A model generated the notes under the pieces. It saw only the letters and a program-made list of their open reading frames with translations. It had not been told where the DNA came from and made no database searches. DNA of 64,000 nt from Bigelowiella natans CCMP2755 (lineage: Eukaryota; Protista; Cercozoa): contig ADNK01000096.1 of NCBI GenBank assembly GCA_000320545.1, positions 124,001 through 188,000 of the forward strand, read 5' to 3'. Positions 21,033 to 35,487 of this stretch are shown here, piece by piece. The number at the start of each line of letters is the position of its first letter. The stretch's first letter is position 1. A program made the position numbers and the translations under genes.

Positions 21033-23831
21033 AGAGAGGGGAGGGGGCGGGGATGGGGGAGATTTTGTTGTGTCTGTCGTTTGTGCTGCTGAGCCAGAAA
21101 AAAGAAACGAAGGGGGGGTAAGAAAAAGGATGGCGGTATTTACCATTTCCTAGGTCGATTTCTCCGCTATCTGCCACCTGAGGAAGTAAGTTTTTGTGTA
21201 ACAACCATTCCACGACAACGGACAAACGTTATGAGGGATAGTAGGGGAAAGAGGGCGCACAGGAAGATTGATAAAAGGGGGGGTAGAGGGGTCAGGTCAG
21301 TGCCTTCATGCAAAGTTTTGGTGCCAACGTGGGTTTACCTGCCCCCCTGCCTCAGCATAGAAAGGAGATTTCTCTAAGATCAATCCAACAGAACGATCTT
21401 TGGCCCCAGAATCAGCAGCCGTGGTGTCAATGGTATCAACAAACGCCTTGTCTTGCGGGTCAAATATGGCCAGGACGCGCGTGTCGACCTCGGCATCCCA
21501 TTCATACTTCGTGCTGTAGTATTGAGAAGACGGTTAAACGATAGAATCAGTTAATGTGCAGTAGTAGTACTGATACCGGTCTTAGCTAGCAGACCCATTT
21601 CCCCGACGACTTCCAATAATACCACTTCTACGTCTCCAGCTTCTTCCAATACCTTCCCCCCCCCCCCCCCCCCTCCCTTACTAGCCTCTCCTCTTCTTCT
21701 CTATATATTATCACAAAGCAAACCTGTCGTCGGTGACCCTTGACATCTAAATATTGTGTGAGGAGATACTTGAGTGTGCTGGTGGGATATAATGTGGCGA
21801 TGATGATGATGATGATCATGATGATGATGATGGTGGTGGGGTGAATAGGAATGTGAGAGTAAGATGAACCCTCTCACCGTGATTCTTCAGCCATGCTGTT
21901 TGCTCTGCCTGAAGCTCTATCGGAGCACCCCCTCCAAGCGCTAGGAATAATTTGGGGGAAAATACTAGGCATCAAGAACGGCTACACACAAGGCAAACAT
22001 TTGACCGAGTATCATCACCAGCACCACCACCGGCACCCCAAACGCGCAATCATTACCTGCCATCTTCTGTCGTGCAAGCGCATCACGAGACATCTGTTTC
22101 TGCCTCTGCATTTCAGTAGAGAAGCCTTCCACATCCACCGCCAGTCCCTTCTCAGCAGCCTTCAGAGAGGGAGATAAAATGGGTAAGGGTGGGGGGGGGG
22201 GGGGGGAAAGATTGAATCTGGTAAAGGCAGATCTAATTAGAAATACATAAAAGGTCAACGGCTGAGCGGCCTTGCTAGCTATCGTCTCACCATGAGCTGC
22301 GTGAGATCTAGAGGGAAGCCAAAGGGGGACCCAGCGGTGTCTATAACTCCGTTCCTGGTATAGTACCTTCAATAGTTGTTCAACAACACACAGCCACCAC
22401 CACAGACTCGTCATCTCTACGCATCCTCCTCCCTGCCGTGTGTGCGTGCGTGCGAGCGCATACAAGCCTTGCGGGTAACTGTGGGGAAAAGGCTTTCAAG
22501 GACGCGTTTGGGGGGTAGGAGAGATGGTGGGGGGTAGAGATTGCAGTGCAATACGACTTTCTTCGCGCTGCTTCAGCTTGAGCTCAAGATCGTTTAAGTA
22601 TCGAACCTATCAGTTATTATGTTCAGTGGACGACGGTATTGAGGCGAGGAGGCGTCATCTCCCACAGGGAAATGGCGTATCACTCTCTATCAATCATCAT
22701 CATCGTCATCATCATCATCATCATCATCGTCATCACCACGAGCATCACTGTCTTCACCAGCATCGGCATCTATCCGACGAAAGATCATAATCAGCATCAT
22801 AGGGGCGACTAGCTACCACCTACCCCTCTGTCAAGCATTGAGGAGAAAGCTTTGTCCTCCTCCTCGAGAACCTCCTGCACTAGCTGCGATTTCTCCACAA
22901 TCTCCGGATAAGCCTTTCCGTATGTTTCGCTCATAACGGGAACGAGCCTGGAGTGCAGAATGTGATCGCGGTAGCAGCAGCACAAATCGAAACAGACATC
23001 AACGCATTGCCGGCAATGTTCAAGAGGGCAATGGGGCGGCTTTAGGGAAGTAGCTATACAAATGGTAGGCAGCAGGCTGTAGGAATGACAGTGTTTACTG
23101 TGTTCGCTTTCACCCTCCTCCCCTCTCTTCATGCTTTTCTTTTTAACCGAGAAATGGGAGGTCATTTATCAGCATGGTAGAAGACTAGAGAGCGTGGTTT
23201 TGATTCATTTATTACTTTGAGAAGAAGCCCTTTTCAGCACCTAAGATCTGTTGACCTGAGCAGAAATTAACACATGTTATAGTGTCTAAGTTGTGAGTCG
23301 CTCCTTCACTATTCTCTCCCCCCCTCTCCCCAACGCTGGAGTACAGGAACACACCGTATCGGATGGCTCGCCTCAAGATCCTTCTCAGCACGTATCCCCT
23401 CCCCTCATTCGAGGGCCGAGCTCTGCATCATAGAAGGCCATTATTAGAGCAGACGCACAAAGGAAAGGTGGGGCGATACAACGAAGGGAGAGCAATCCTG
23501 CCGTGATGCTCCGCCTCCCCCTCCTCCTCCTCATCATCATCATCATCGTGATCGTCACTATCAAGGGCGGTGGTATGGTAGCATGCTTGCAGTAGCAGCA
23601 GTAGTAATGTAGTAGTGTGCTGTACAACCCGTCTGCGATGGCAAAGCTGAGCGTTCTCAGGTGGTCAACAACGATTCGATACGCCGTGTCGCGAAGGACG
23701 CCATCCTCCTTCGCCTCCCCCCCACCTTCAACCAATCCTTCGTACTTCCCCGTGTTAGATGCTGCGTGCGTAGCGTCGAGCAGCGGCGCGAATCTGAGAA
23801 GAACATGCGAGTAGAACACTCCTCAGTGCGC

Positions 23832-23870
<39 letters not shown>

Positions 23871-24065
23871 GGAGAGAGAGAGAAAGAGAGAGGGAGAGAG
23901 AGAATCTTACGCGTCGATGTCGTAGTTGGACGACTTGTCCTGCAGAATGGACACGAGTCTCTCGAGACCCATACCTATGTGCGAAAGGCGGTACAAAACA
24001 AAGGTGAGGATAATCTGCCCCGTTGAAATTATTGTTGGTATGAAGACCATTTTATATAATTATAT

Positions 24066-24133
<68 letters not shown>

Positions 24134-24318
24134 ATACATGTCCACCCTATGCAAACAATACACAATGGCGCCGAAAAATATTCCGTCGAGGCTCTTCAGC
24201 AACGATGACATATTAGCCCTGCGCACCTCCCCATCCCCCTACACACACAACCACCTTACCCGTATCAATATGCTGCGAAGGAAGGGGCCGCAACTCACCT
24301 GATGCCTCCCTGAGACGC

Positions 24319-24357
<39 letters not shown>

Positions 24358-25250
24358 GCAATCACGCAAGCACACATGTACATGAACCAACAGAGCTCTG
24401 ACTCGTGCTGCAGCTACAAATGGACGTGTGGCCGCTGCTTGCCGGTGTTACGATGGCACTGCGATCCTCACCAGTTGTTATTGTCCTTGTCGTCGTCGTT
24501 GTTGTTCTTCTTCTTCTTCTTGTTGTTGTTGTCAATCACACGAGCACCGCGTAGCATCACTCTACTACTACTACCACTACTACTGCTACTACTACTACTA
24601 CTGCTGCTGCTGCTACTACTACTACCGATTGTATTGAATGAACACCAAGTTCCATATCTCAATCACGTCGGGGTCGTCCATGTTGACAAGAGACGCGGCG
24701 TCACGCCCGCCGATCTGCAAATAACAATGCCACACATTCCGGTCAAATTCTGGCCACGCTCCCACGCGATCTACAGCATGAGCGCACAAGCGCACATACA
24801 CGGTCATAATGAAGCTCTGAGCAAGGTCCACAGGGCCCTGAGGAGGAGGAGGAGGAGGAGGAGGAGGAGGAGGAGAAAGGAAGGAAATGGAAAATAATGG
24901 TTGATTCGTTAGAAAGAAGCCAACGATTACGGGGTTTGGGCCTCCTAATCCCGCCCCCCCCCCCCCCTCTATGCACTAAAAAGTGGAATGGTAAGTCTCA
25001 GCTACTGATGATACACTGCTGCCTGCTTAGCAACTCATATAAGAGTCCTGCTCCGTCTTCTTCTTCGTCAACTGCTACTACTGCTACTACTGCTAGAACT
25101 GCTACTGGTGCTACCAACCCTGGTCTCCCATCTCCCAGAAGTTGTCCTTCTTTCCAAACGGAATCACACGCGATTCGGGGAGAAACCTTATATTATCATC
25201 ACACCACACACACGAAAATGCCCCTCATTCACAGAACCCGAGTCTTTGTC

Positions 25251-25292
<42 letters not shown>

Positions 25293-25996
25293 CCCTATTC
25301 CTAGTATGTGGTATTACTGCAGCCAGAAGTCCCTGGCTTCAGTATCGGGCTCTAGACCAAGCTCCGCATCCCCTCCGAAGTATGTTGCGTAGATCTGCGC
25401 GGTGGAACGGTTTATTTAGTGGGGGGGGATAGGGGGGAGGACAACTTATCATTATTAACATCGCGGGTGCCTATTTCCCCTTCCCCCCGCCCCTGCCAAA
25501 GAAAGGTATATCCTGACATTTTCAGGCTTCAGCTTGTACACTTCAGTGAGTAATTCCCAGCTCCATGCAATGGCCTCTAATGATTGTCAACAGAATTAAG
25601 ATATGAATGGGGTTGTTCGTGCTACGATAGTCGAATCTTATGCCAAATCATTCTAAATCGGAGAGCATATTATACAAAAATCAATGCTAAGACCAAGAAG
25701 AGCTTTACGTGGTAGATTTCTTGTTTCTTTTTTTTTTTGAATTTTGAGGACGTGTTGTGCTTTTCAGGTGTCCGAGCATGCTTGCAGGCGCTCGCCGTAC
25801 CTTTCTTGAAGTAATCTCCAAACGACCACGAGCCCAGCATCTCAAAGAACGTGTGGTGGTAGGTGTCCTTCCCTGATGTGAAGCAAAATTTGATAATAAA
25901 TTGAAGAAAGCATCGGCGCTAATCGAGCGAGGAAGCGATTGGCATTGCTGTCATTCGTACCAACATCCTCCAAGTCGTTGTGTTTTCCTCCTGAGA

Positions 25997-26047
<51 letters not shown>

Positions 26048-26734
26048 TAGTGAGCTCTCAGGGAGGGGGGGGGGGGGGAGACCAATCACTTGCTCCGATC
26101 GAATGGATGCTACCGGCTCTAATGCACTTCTGGCTGTTAGCAGCTCGTTTGACGTTGGCCAACGGCGAGTTAGGGTCCACCTGATTTATCGCAAAACAGG
26201 GGAGGCAGGCCACGAGTAATTCATGAGTTCTCCCTCCAAGGGGGGGTGAGATAATAGATGATAGCTGCTGCTACCTGGCCGAGGAATATTGGCTTGAATT
26301 GATTCATACCAGCATTTGCAAAGAGGATGGTTGGATCTGCCAACACGAAGAACGCGTGGGAGGAATGATGTCAGACAGATTGTAATACGTATCTTGCATT
26401 TTTGACTACCGTTCAGGGGAGTAACGGGGGACGAAGCCACAAACCTTACAGAGTTACGAGAATTTTTCTAGTGATGAATCATGTATCGAGGGGGGGGCTG
26501 TCCCTCATATTGCAACCCCCTTGGTTTGATTTCAGTATTATTTGAATTTAGGTTTACTTGTGTTCCTTCTCTTTGAAGTACTCGATGAACGTCGAACGGA
26601 CCTGCCATGATGGGAGGTAACAGTCAGTTGTCGCCAGTTCTGCCTAGCTTATAAAATCACACACAAACACACATGTAGACACACACCACACTTACTTTGT
26701 CGGTAGTCCACTCGGTGTCCTGTGATGAGGCCAT
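17716..26734 (-). CDS. AARS: Alanyl-tRNA synthetase, eukaryotic cytosolic type, many introns; possible leader exons up to 27226
   Basis: [107 protein letters not shown]; stop at 17716-17718. Confidence 0.96.
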
Positions 26735-27738
26735 CGCAGAATTCTCTGCGCTGTTCTCTACCAATTCTTTCTTGTTGACTTCTGTGGCACGACAGCTCGG
26801 GTGTTGGCGGTCACCGCCGCCCCTCCACACAGACTCTATGTGAAATGATTATTCCAGTTACGATGTGGGTTTTGAATTCATGCGATATTTCCTAATTCAC
26901 CTCCATTGGGCTGTCGAAGAAATCCGTTACTGCGATGCCACAGTCGGGAAGACGGGGTATTCAGGAAGGGAAGCGTGTTTTTTACACTAGATCGGGCCAT
27001 GCCTGGTGATTAACACATCATCGTTTAGAGGAGGGCATGCATGTGGGGTCAAAGGACTGGTGGTACAACCCTGGAGCCCAGAGGATATTGTGATTTCTTC
27101 CGACATATTCAGGGCGAAGAGGATGGAGAGGCTTGCTGCCATCATGCCGATAACAACAATCACAGTGCGCGTCGAGAATCGGGATCGGCTTCTCCTACTT
27201 CTTCCATGCAGAGGGAACCCGAGCATGTTGAAGGCTGTTCCTCCTCCAAACCGCCTTCCCTGATCCCGCATCAATCCCCTGACGTAAATAAAGGTGAGAT
27301 CGGCTGTCCTAGCCGCAACAAAGTCGCATCTCAAACGCGGAAGCAGACCTGTGGGCCTCCATGCTCGCTCAAATGTACCGTCCTTTCTCCAACACAGATC
27401 GTTTCGGCCGCTAACAAAGCGTTTCGGACAGGTTTTCATTGTCGCATATTGAAATCCTCCATGATAAAGTCTACCGGATTTCAATGTGGTTTCAGATGAT
27501 TCTCAGTTTAGTCGTTCTGACGCAGCCCAAAAATGTCTAATTTTCTAGGAGCACCACTTTGCCCGCACGGGGATTCGAGTCGGGATTCCGGGGCGAAATC
27601 TCATGCACCAAAAATCCAGGACCTTTATTGTATTATGTTCTCGGTGTTCATATGTCTTGTCGCAGCTATGAATTCCAGGAGGTTCACTTTCAACAAACGA
27701 AGGTTCATTCATTCCGCACCCCCCGAACGTCTGGAATA

Positions 27739-30485
27739 ATGAAGCACCACACCATGTGGCGATCCTTATTGCTCCTGGGGATTGTGGGAGCTGCTGATGT
27801 GTCTGAGTATCCAAGTTTCTGGCCTAAGCCACGCGTTTTCTCCAACGGTACAATGGAGCTGTCCGTCGTGCCCGGATCTCTAATGTTTCACTCTTCCATG
27901 CCCTCCCCCCTACTCGATGGAGCTTGGAAACGAACCACCTCACTGATGTTTCCATGGACCAGCGATTCCATTTCCAAGGAAGATCAAATGGGAAGTAACG
28001 CAAGACTTACGGAAGTTTTTGTTGAAGTTAAGGAAATTGTTTCCCTACATGTCCAGCCTCCAACGTATGTACAATTCCGTACTGACTAGAATATAAGAGA
28101 TATATTCGTCTAATTATGCTCTCCACTTTTTGTGTTTGTTTTTCGATGCACACAATTTCCTCATTCTCTCCTTTCGGTGCTTATCTCTGTGGCAATGCCT
28201 GATATACCCCCCTGTTTTAATGCTTCCAGCCTCGGGGTAAACGAGAGGTATCACCTCGATATCGTTCCTTCCACGGATGACCTCTCTTGGAAGTGCAACA
28301 TCACCGCTGAAACTGTCTGGGGTGCGATGCATGGATTAATTACGCTTTCTCAAATGGTAGAGCCGCTGCAACCAACGGAGGAAGGAAAGAGAGAATACGT
28401 AATTAGAGCCGCGCCCTGGAGCATTGAAGATTATCCCGTTCTCCCCCATCGAGGGCTGATGATTGACACAGCAAGGCACTTTTTACCGACCAGTACGATT
28501 CGAAGACAGGTTCGATCAGTAGGAATGAGTACAGTACAGGACACAGCTCTTATCTTACGTTCTTTTAATGTTCCCTTCACTCAGATCGACGCCTTGAGCA
28601 TGAACAAGATGAATGTTTTGCATTGGCATGTCTCCGATGCAGAATCTATGCCTTACGAATCTACGGCCTTCCCAGACCTGGCTGCAAAGGGTGCATTCAT
28701 CAAGGAAGCAACCTACTCGAAGCAGGAGGTCAAGGATATCATTGATTATGCTGCAGAGAGAGGTGGTTCTCATGTTTTGGGACGGAGATGGATTCGTTGA
28801 GATTGATAACTTTTATTTGTGCGCTTGATCACGATGTAGGTGTTCGAGTCATAATTGAGTTTGACATGCCTGGCCACAACTATGCGTGGTCGCTTGCTTA
28901 CCCCTCTCTTTTCGTCAATTGCTCGGATATGTACCCAACCGACACGAGGTAATTTTTTATAAGAAACAGCACTTCTTGAGCCGGCCGCCTCGATGACGTA
29001 GAATGTTGTCGTCAATTTGCCTATTCATAGGTTCTGGGTCGCATCCTTCGATCCTACAAATGAGAAGCTGTACTCTTTCCTCGACACCTTCTTACGAGAA
29101 GTCGCACAGACATTTCCGGATCAAGTCATCCACCTTGGCGGTGACGAGGTATCCATGCCTCTAGCTGTATTTTGCATTCTCTTGGATAGATCTATGTTTT
29201 AATGCGCGCGCATTTTAAGGTGCAGTATTCCTGTTGGAACGAGTCAAGAGCCATAAGGGAGTATATGGCAAAGCACAATCTCACTTTAACAGGTCGCTGC
29301 CACACTCTTACTAGCCTTCACTGAGAATTCCAACCCAGGAACATAGATTATGTGCGTATCTCAAAGCACGCATATTCTTCTTCTTCTTCTTCTTCTTCTT
29401 CTTCTTCTTCTTCTTCTTCTTGATTTCGTCAACTTCCAGACCTCTATGCAACCTTTGAGTCTAAGGTGCACAGCATCGCTGCAAAGTACAACAAGTCCGT
29501 TCAGGTCGACACCCGACCCTCTTTCCCCCATCATCCAATGAGCGCCTCGAGATCAAATTGGTTACAGTTAGCGCGCCCCCGTTGTCTATCATCAAAGCCT
29601 GCTCACCAGAAAACGTTTCCTCCGTTTGTTTGTTTCTTTCTTGGAATCAGAGCTGGGATGAGGTATACGTGAGCGCGAAGGAAGTACTGCCCAAAGACGC
29701 CATCGTACAGGTATGAGCATTGCCGCGGATTCGGGGTCCGATGATTTGAAAGCTAAATGTCCTCAGGTATGGCGAGGAATGGAGACGCTCACCGATGCGG
29801 TAATTTTATACTTTATATATATATAACATACACACATGCCTTGCGCCTGCAGATTCCCTCCCCAAAGATAAATCAATGAAAAACTGCCATCCTCATCATC
29901 ATCATCGTCGTCGTCGTCGCCTTCGTCGTCATCATGATTACGATTCTTCCAGGTTAAAGACGGGTTCAGAGCTGTATTGTCGGCTCCATACTATCTCAAC
30001 TCAGGGTTTGATATGGGCGGCTTGCAGGTCGGTCTTCGTCCCAAAAGCTAGTAGTAGCAGTAGCAGTAGTAGTAGTAGTAGTAGTAGTAGAAGTTATCAG
30101 CAGCACCTCCAATGCCTTAGAAACGGTTACTAGTTCATCGGGTGCTGCTTTCTCATCATGTGCTTCGTTGTTGTGTGCCTGGTGCAAACAGGTCAGCTGG
30201 ACGTCTATTTACTCCAACGACCCCATTCCGCAAGATCTCACAAAGCAGGAGAGAGATCAAGTCCTAGGTAGTAGTATGTACTACTTGTAGTAATAGTACT
30301 CGTAGCAGTACCCAACGAACGACCACTATTGACACGTAATGCGCTGCGTCGTGTGGGAGCGCGATGATAACGATGACGACGAACGCATCGCTGCTGAATC
30401 ATCCATCATCCGCATATTCAGGGGCTGAGGCATGCATCTGGGGGGAGGAAGTGAATCAGTTCAACATCGACCAACGAGTGTGGTA

Positions 30486-30517
<32 letters not shown>

Positions 30518-30958
30518 TATACAATCGTTAACGGTCGCGCGTTGAGGCAGAGGAAAATGATGATGCACACCAGGTTCCGAGGAAGCATGCTGGCGGAGAG
30601 GCTATGGTCCCTCCAAGGCAACCACACCGACAAAATCGGCCCTGGTACGCGAACAACACACCCTGCCTCCTGTGCTAGCGAGAGGGATAATAGGGAGAAA
30701 ACGGTTGTTTGTTGGGGGCTGACCTGTGCGATGCATGCAGACGTTCTGGTACGGTCGATCAAACAGCAGTGCCGAATGATGAGGGCGGGGATAAAAGCCA
30801 CCCCCATCGACGACAGGGATGTGCTCCCAAGAAGGTGAGATGCATATTCCGTTATGCTTTTCCCGCTTTGTTTGTTTCCAAATCTCAGTACTATTGCTTG
30901 CCACATTAGGAGCCTCTGGAATCAATGTGAGCTAGATTTACCCCAGCGTAAGCATTAG
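27739..30958 (+). CDS. Beta-N-acetylhexosaminidase (GH20), signal peptide, multi-exon
   Basis: [13 protein letters not shown] signal; FWPKP; [12 protein letters not shown]; [12 protein letters not shown]; EFDMPGH; HLGGDEV; EACIWGE. Confidence 0.93.
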
Positions 30959-31756
30959 TCGGTAAATCGTCAGAGATCTTTGTGGATCAAGACATCTGGC
31001 TAAGCTGGTTCTCATCCAAGCCTCGTGGCCGCACCGCATATGTACAAGATCATACACATTTGCTCTAGTTTTATCAGTTCATAACATGCAGTTTTCCCTC
31101 ATAAATGCATGTGTGCAAACAGCACTTGGCATCGGCCATCGCCTGATCATTACACGTGGTAGCTATAGACGCATTTTGGCGCTATGACACATGTGAAACA
31201 CATGCGAATTTGCGTTAGTGCCTAAGGCTGTATTTGTATGCCTGCGTTAAAGTGTGAGTGTGGCTTGATCTGCATGCGGCGTATAAGGCACTTGTACATC
31301 TCCACCATGTTTATCATGCATGTCTATCATAAGCTAGTATCGTAAGGCTGTATGTACGATATACTGTCATGTTATCGCTCTATCTTGCGTGCCGTGCACG
31401 TAACTAATATGTACGCGCCCCAACGGTGTTGATAAGACTATCGTGGCTGGCTTTATATATATTGACAAACAATCGGAAGTCGCTTAGTTACTCACAATAA
31501 ACAGAGTCCACACAGAACATGCGATGCATGGATGATTAGCAGACTTGTTTGGGCCCTGCTAGCCGGCGAAGAGCAAGCTCTACTGCTTCACATTAACTTG
31601 TGCATTGTAGAGTATTGACACAATCCATACACTCTCACTAATCAACGTAACCGCGCATTATTCTGTTGTGGAAAATGACAATGAACAGCAGGGCGGCACC
31701 AAGAGGCAAAAAATGGACGGATAGTGCAGCAGTTCGTCGCCTAATCTCTGAAAGCT

Positions 31757-34700
31757 TTAGCCAGCTTTCTCATCAGTCGTTAGATCTTGAATCCATCCAT
31801 GAGAATGCATCTCTTTCAATCTTGAAATGACTCTCGCTTTCGCAAAGCCTACCTCAGCAGCTCCCGCCAAACCAGCTAGAGCCACGTCCTTCCGCCCCGT
31901 TGCGCTCCTGTTCAGATTGCGCCAATGATGAATGATTCGCTATGAACACAGTTGCTGCTGAGGCGTGGGGTACCATTCAGTGTTTCCAATCATTGTCGTA
32001 CTCCTTCCTGTATCAAATGCCAATGTCAGTCCTTGCACAGTTATATACATATCAATGGACTTGTCAATCACCCCACCTGAACTGCCACCTTCAGCTATGA
32101 CTCTGGTGCTAGATCTATCTCCCACTTCTAAGTTAATACATCGGTGTTTCTGAGCATATGATTCCGAGGTTTTCTTCTTCGGTGGGGCTCTTACTACGTC
32201 CATAAACTACCTCCCAATGGCGCTGCTAGCTCCGACGATATATCTCCTCCACTTATCAATGAGTCCAGAGTATCTTCTTCGCTGCTCAGGGCTAGCAGAA
32301 CTCTTGCTTCATACCTGCGTAATATGATAAATGGATCATGATGTGAAGGCGGTCTCACTTAAAAAGTCTTTTACACACATGGCGTCGATGAAGGTGATGA
32401 ATCTCCTCAATGAGTCCGGAGTCATTGCTGCTATTCTTGGAACATCTGTCAGCACGACCGCCCAGAAGGAGGCGGCCAGGGCGATGAAGTCGTGCGCTGA
32501 TCTCTCCGCGACGCACATCTCGTCGAAGCCGACAGCACAAACTACGTGTCTTGCCTCCGAGGATGCTGAACTCTTCTTTTTTAATGCCGCTCGATTGGCG
32601 CTCTTTATGGGGAGCACGCGGCCCATCGCCACTTTGACCTATTTTTTTTGTTTTGGGTACCATTAAGAAAGATGGGGAAATGCGCAAACAGCCATTCCTT
32701 GTATTGCGAGAGGACTGGATTCCTAGGTACGTGCTACTATCACTGCTACTACCTCCAGGGACCCCAACTCCCCCGATTGAGAAATGGAGCTTTCGGCTGC
32801 GTATTTGCTCGAAAACCGGATTGAGAACGACTTCATCCATGTTGACACCTTCTCGTCGTTCTAATCGTCGCATTCAAAGAAGCAGCGGGGAAGAGGGCTC
32901 AGTTGGTGTTTGAATGAGGCCTTGAGTGTAGATGTACCTGATGATCGCTGCCTTTGGACAAAGAGAGGAAGAAGTCTTTGTTCTCTGTAGGGGTGGGATA
33001 CATCATTTCTTATCAGAGCCACGCTTGAACTCAACAATCTTGCACCGCCCTCCAGCTATGCAGCATCAGTTTTTCCCCACTGCTGAGAACAAACCTCCTG
33101 TCGTGTTTTGTCGAAGTGCCCTGTAGTCGGTTCCTGGTATGTGTTCAAATCATATACGCATCAACGGCTAGCGTCGCTCAGCGTTGTTCGTTGCGTAGAG
33201 GGGTGGTTGCAGTGTCTGTATCGCACTTCTAAATCCGTACCATTTCTCAGGTTGAATAGCTTCATCTTCTTCTCGATCATTGCGATGCAAGGTAGAAATA
33301 GATGGCGGTTCAGGCCGTTCAGGTATAGGTCTCTGGGCGGCCTTGAAACAGATGGTAAATAGCAAGGAGGATGGTGATGGTGATGATAATGATGATGATG
33401 ATGGTGATGATGATGACTACGATAAGTGGAATGCCTATGCCAGTGGCCAGAGATTCGCTTGTGTGCTCAGATAACTAGACAACCTATTGCTCGTAAAGAC
33501 GATGAAGGTCCCTGCCGCTAGTATCTGATACGGGAGAAGAGAGGAAAGGCTACTGAATTGCGCATTGGGAGAGTGAGAGAGGGCGGTCGATAAGAAGCTT
33601 ACGGTTTCGACGAGTTGCTTTAGGATCATAGCGTCCCCAATGTCTGTGACCTGAGAAAATACTTGGAGAATTACTGCTGAATGCGCCACACCCTCCTCGA
33701 CGCGCTGGCTGCAAAACGGAGTTTTTGGAAAAGGTTGGAAGCCAGGAGAAGCAGACCTGAAACTCATCAAAGCAAAGCAATAGGCCTGTCTCTCTCGCAA
33801 TGTCCCTAGAAATCACGCGAACAAAACCACGCCTCAGCTCGACACTCGAACGGGTGGATTGCGACAGGCTTTTACCTTGCAACCAGAGTCAAAGGGTTGA
33901 GTCCTTTGTCTCCCTCATTGAGGAGCCTCTCATTGTTTTGCTTCAACTTATGGAGCCTCTGGTGGGCGCTGAGCATGAACTCGTGGAAGTGCCATCTGCG
34001 AAGTGTGCGATTGCTTGGTTTTAGAGCTGATAAGTCATCGATCAGCAAGAAGAAGACATAGATGTGTCGACGGACCTTTTCTTGCCGATGTTTTCTGGAA
34101 GATGGGCGAAAAAAAGGTCCATGCAAAACGACTTTCCGGTCCCCACCTGCGCGAGTACTTTCAATGTTTCTTACTCTGTAGCGGTGTTATATGAACGCGA
34201 ATCTACCCCTCCAAATATATACAGCCCGTTTGTAGCTTTTTCCTCCTTGCATTTGTTGTCGTTATCACCCGATCTGATCTGCTCTGTGCTTTCTCCCCTT
34301 TGGCGATCTAAAATTGACTTTCGAGCTACTATTTGCTTTCCCAACACCTACGACCATCACATCCTTATCACCATCACCATCATCATCATCATCATCAATC
34401 TTTTTCCTCCTAGATCCAACTCGCTATTTTTTCTCTCTATATGCAGGGAAGGGACAGCATTATTCAGGCGGCGACCTCTAACTCTTCCAGCAACTCCAAC
34501 TGTTGAGCGTCCCTGGCACCAACCATTAATTGCATTCGAAAGCAGGCGTCATAGAGGGAGGAAGGCAGAGTGTGGGTGTCTCATGAGGGGAAAACTGACG
34601 ACAACTACCTTCGGAGCCCCTTCTTCTCGGATAGCTGATTGTAGGCTTCCAACAGGGAAATATTCTCGGAATTTTTGGTCGTAGTAGCGAAAGCTCGCAA

Positions 34701-34865
34701 GCTATTGACATGCCGTACCCCTTTAGATTCGAGGTTGATATTCAAAAGTTTCACGCTTGAACTACAGGGGTGCGGAGCTGTCGTTGATAAATTGCGTTTG
34801 GAGAGTAAGCGGTATGGCTGCTGACGGCTGGGGAAGGCGAGTGCTCGTCGAAGCAAACGATTCAT
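31757..34865 (-). CDS. AFG1: AFG1/LACE1/ZapE-family mitochondrial ATPase
   Basis: Presequence-like MNRLLRRALAF; GLYIFGG|VGTGKS Walker A; HFHEFM; LLCFDEFQVTDIGDAMIL; FTSNR; YRNGLNR; RRFITFIDAM; RVISRLKEM. Confidence 0.92.
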
Positions 34866-35487
34866 TTTCTAATAAGAGATTGGACGAAGTCTACATCGTC
34901 GGGCTAAATTTATCTTTTGAAATAATCCCTCTGGCTTCCTGGCTCGTTCTTCTTCTTGTTCTTCTTCTTCTATGTAAGGCGCAAAATGATAGACGCATTC
35001 CGTGACGCTTTTGGTGATACACATCGCATCATCGCATCGTAAAATACCACACAACACCACGCGGCAAAGTGAGCTGCTACTGCAGCATAGGATCTTCAGA
35101 TAACGACGACGACGACGGCAAGCTATATGGACGACTGGCGATGCGTTCGTGGTCTGGTACTGATTCGCATACTCAAAGCAAAAACTACATCACAACCCTT
35201 TTCCACACCTTTGTTTGCACAGGCCGCCCTAAAGTCGCCGACGGAAGATTACACCGAGCTCGACGAACCCGAGGGGGTGGAAGCCTGGCTCGTGCCACGA
35301 TGCCATCTGCGATCTGCCATTTTTATTGTTGTTATTGATATATTAGATAGACCAAAATCCAAGCGTGACATATCTAAATTAAAATATTTTCTTGAGTGGG
35401 GCGAATGTGAGATGTCGCAGTAGTAAAACGCTCTACATTTTTAGAACCTTCAGGCGTTCTCCTCTGACCCACCTGCCGAACCCAGCG

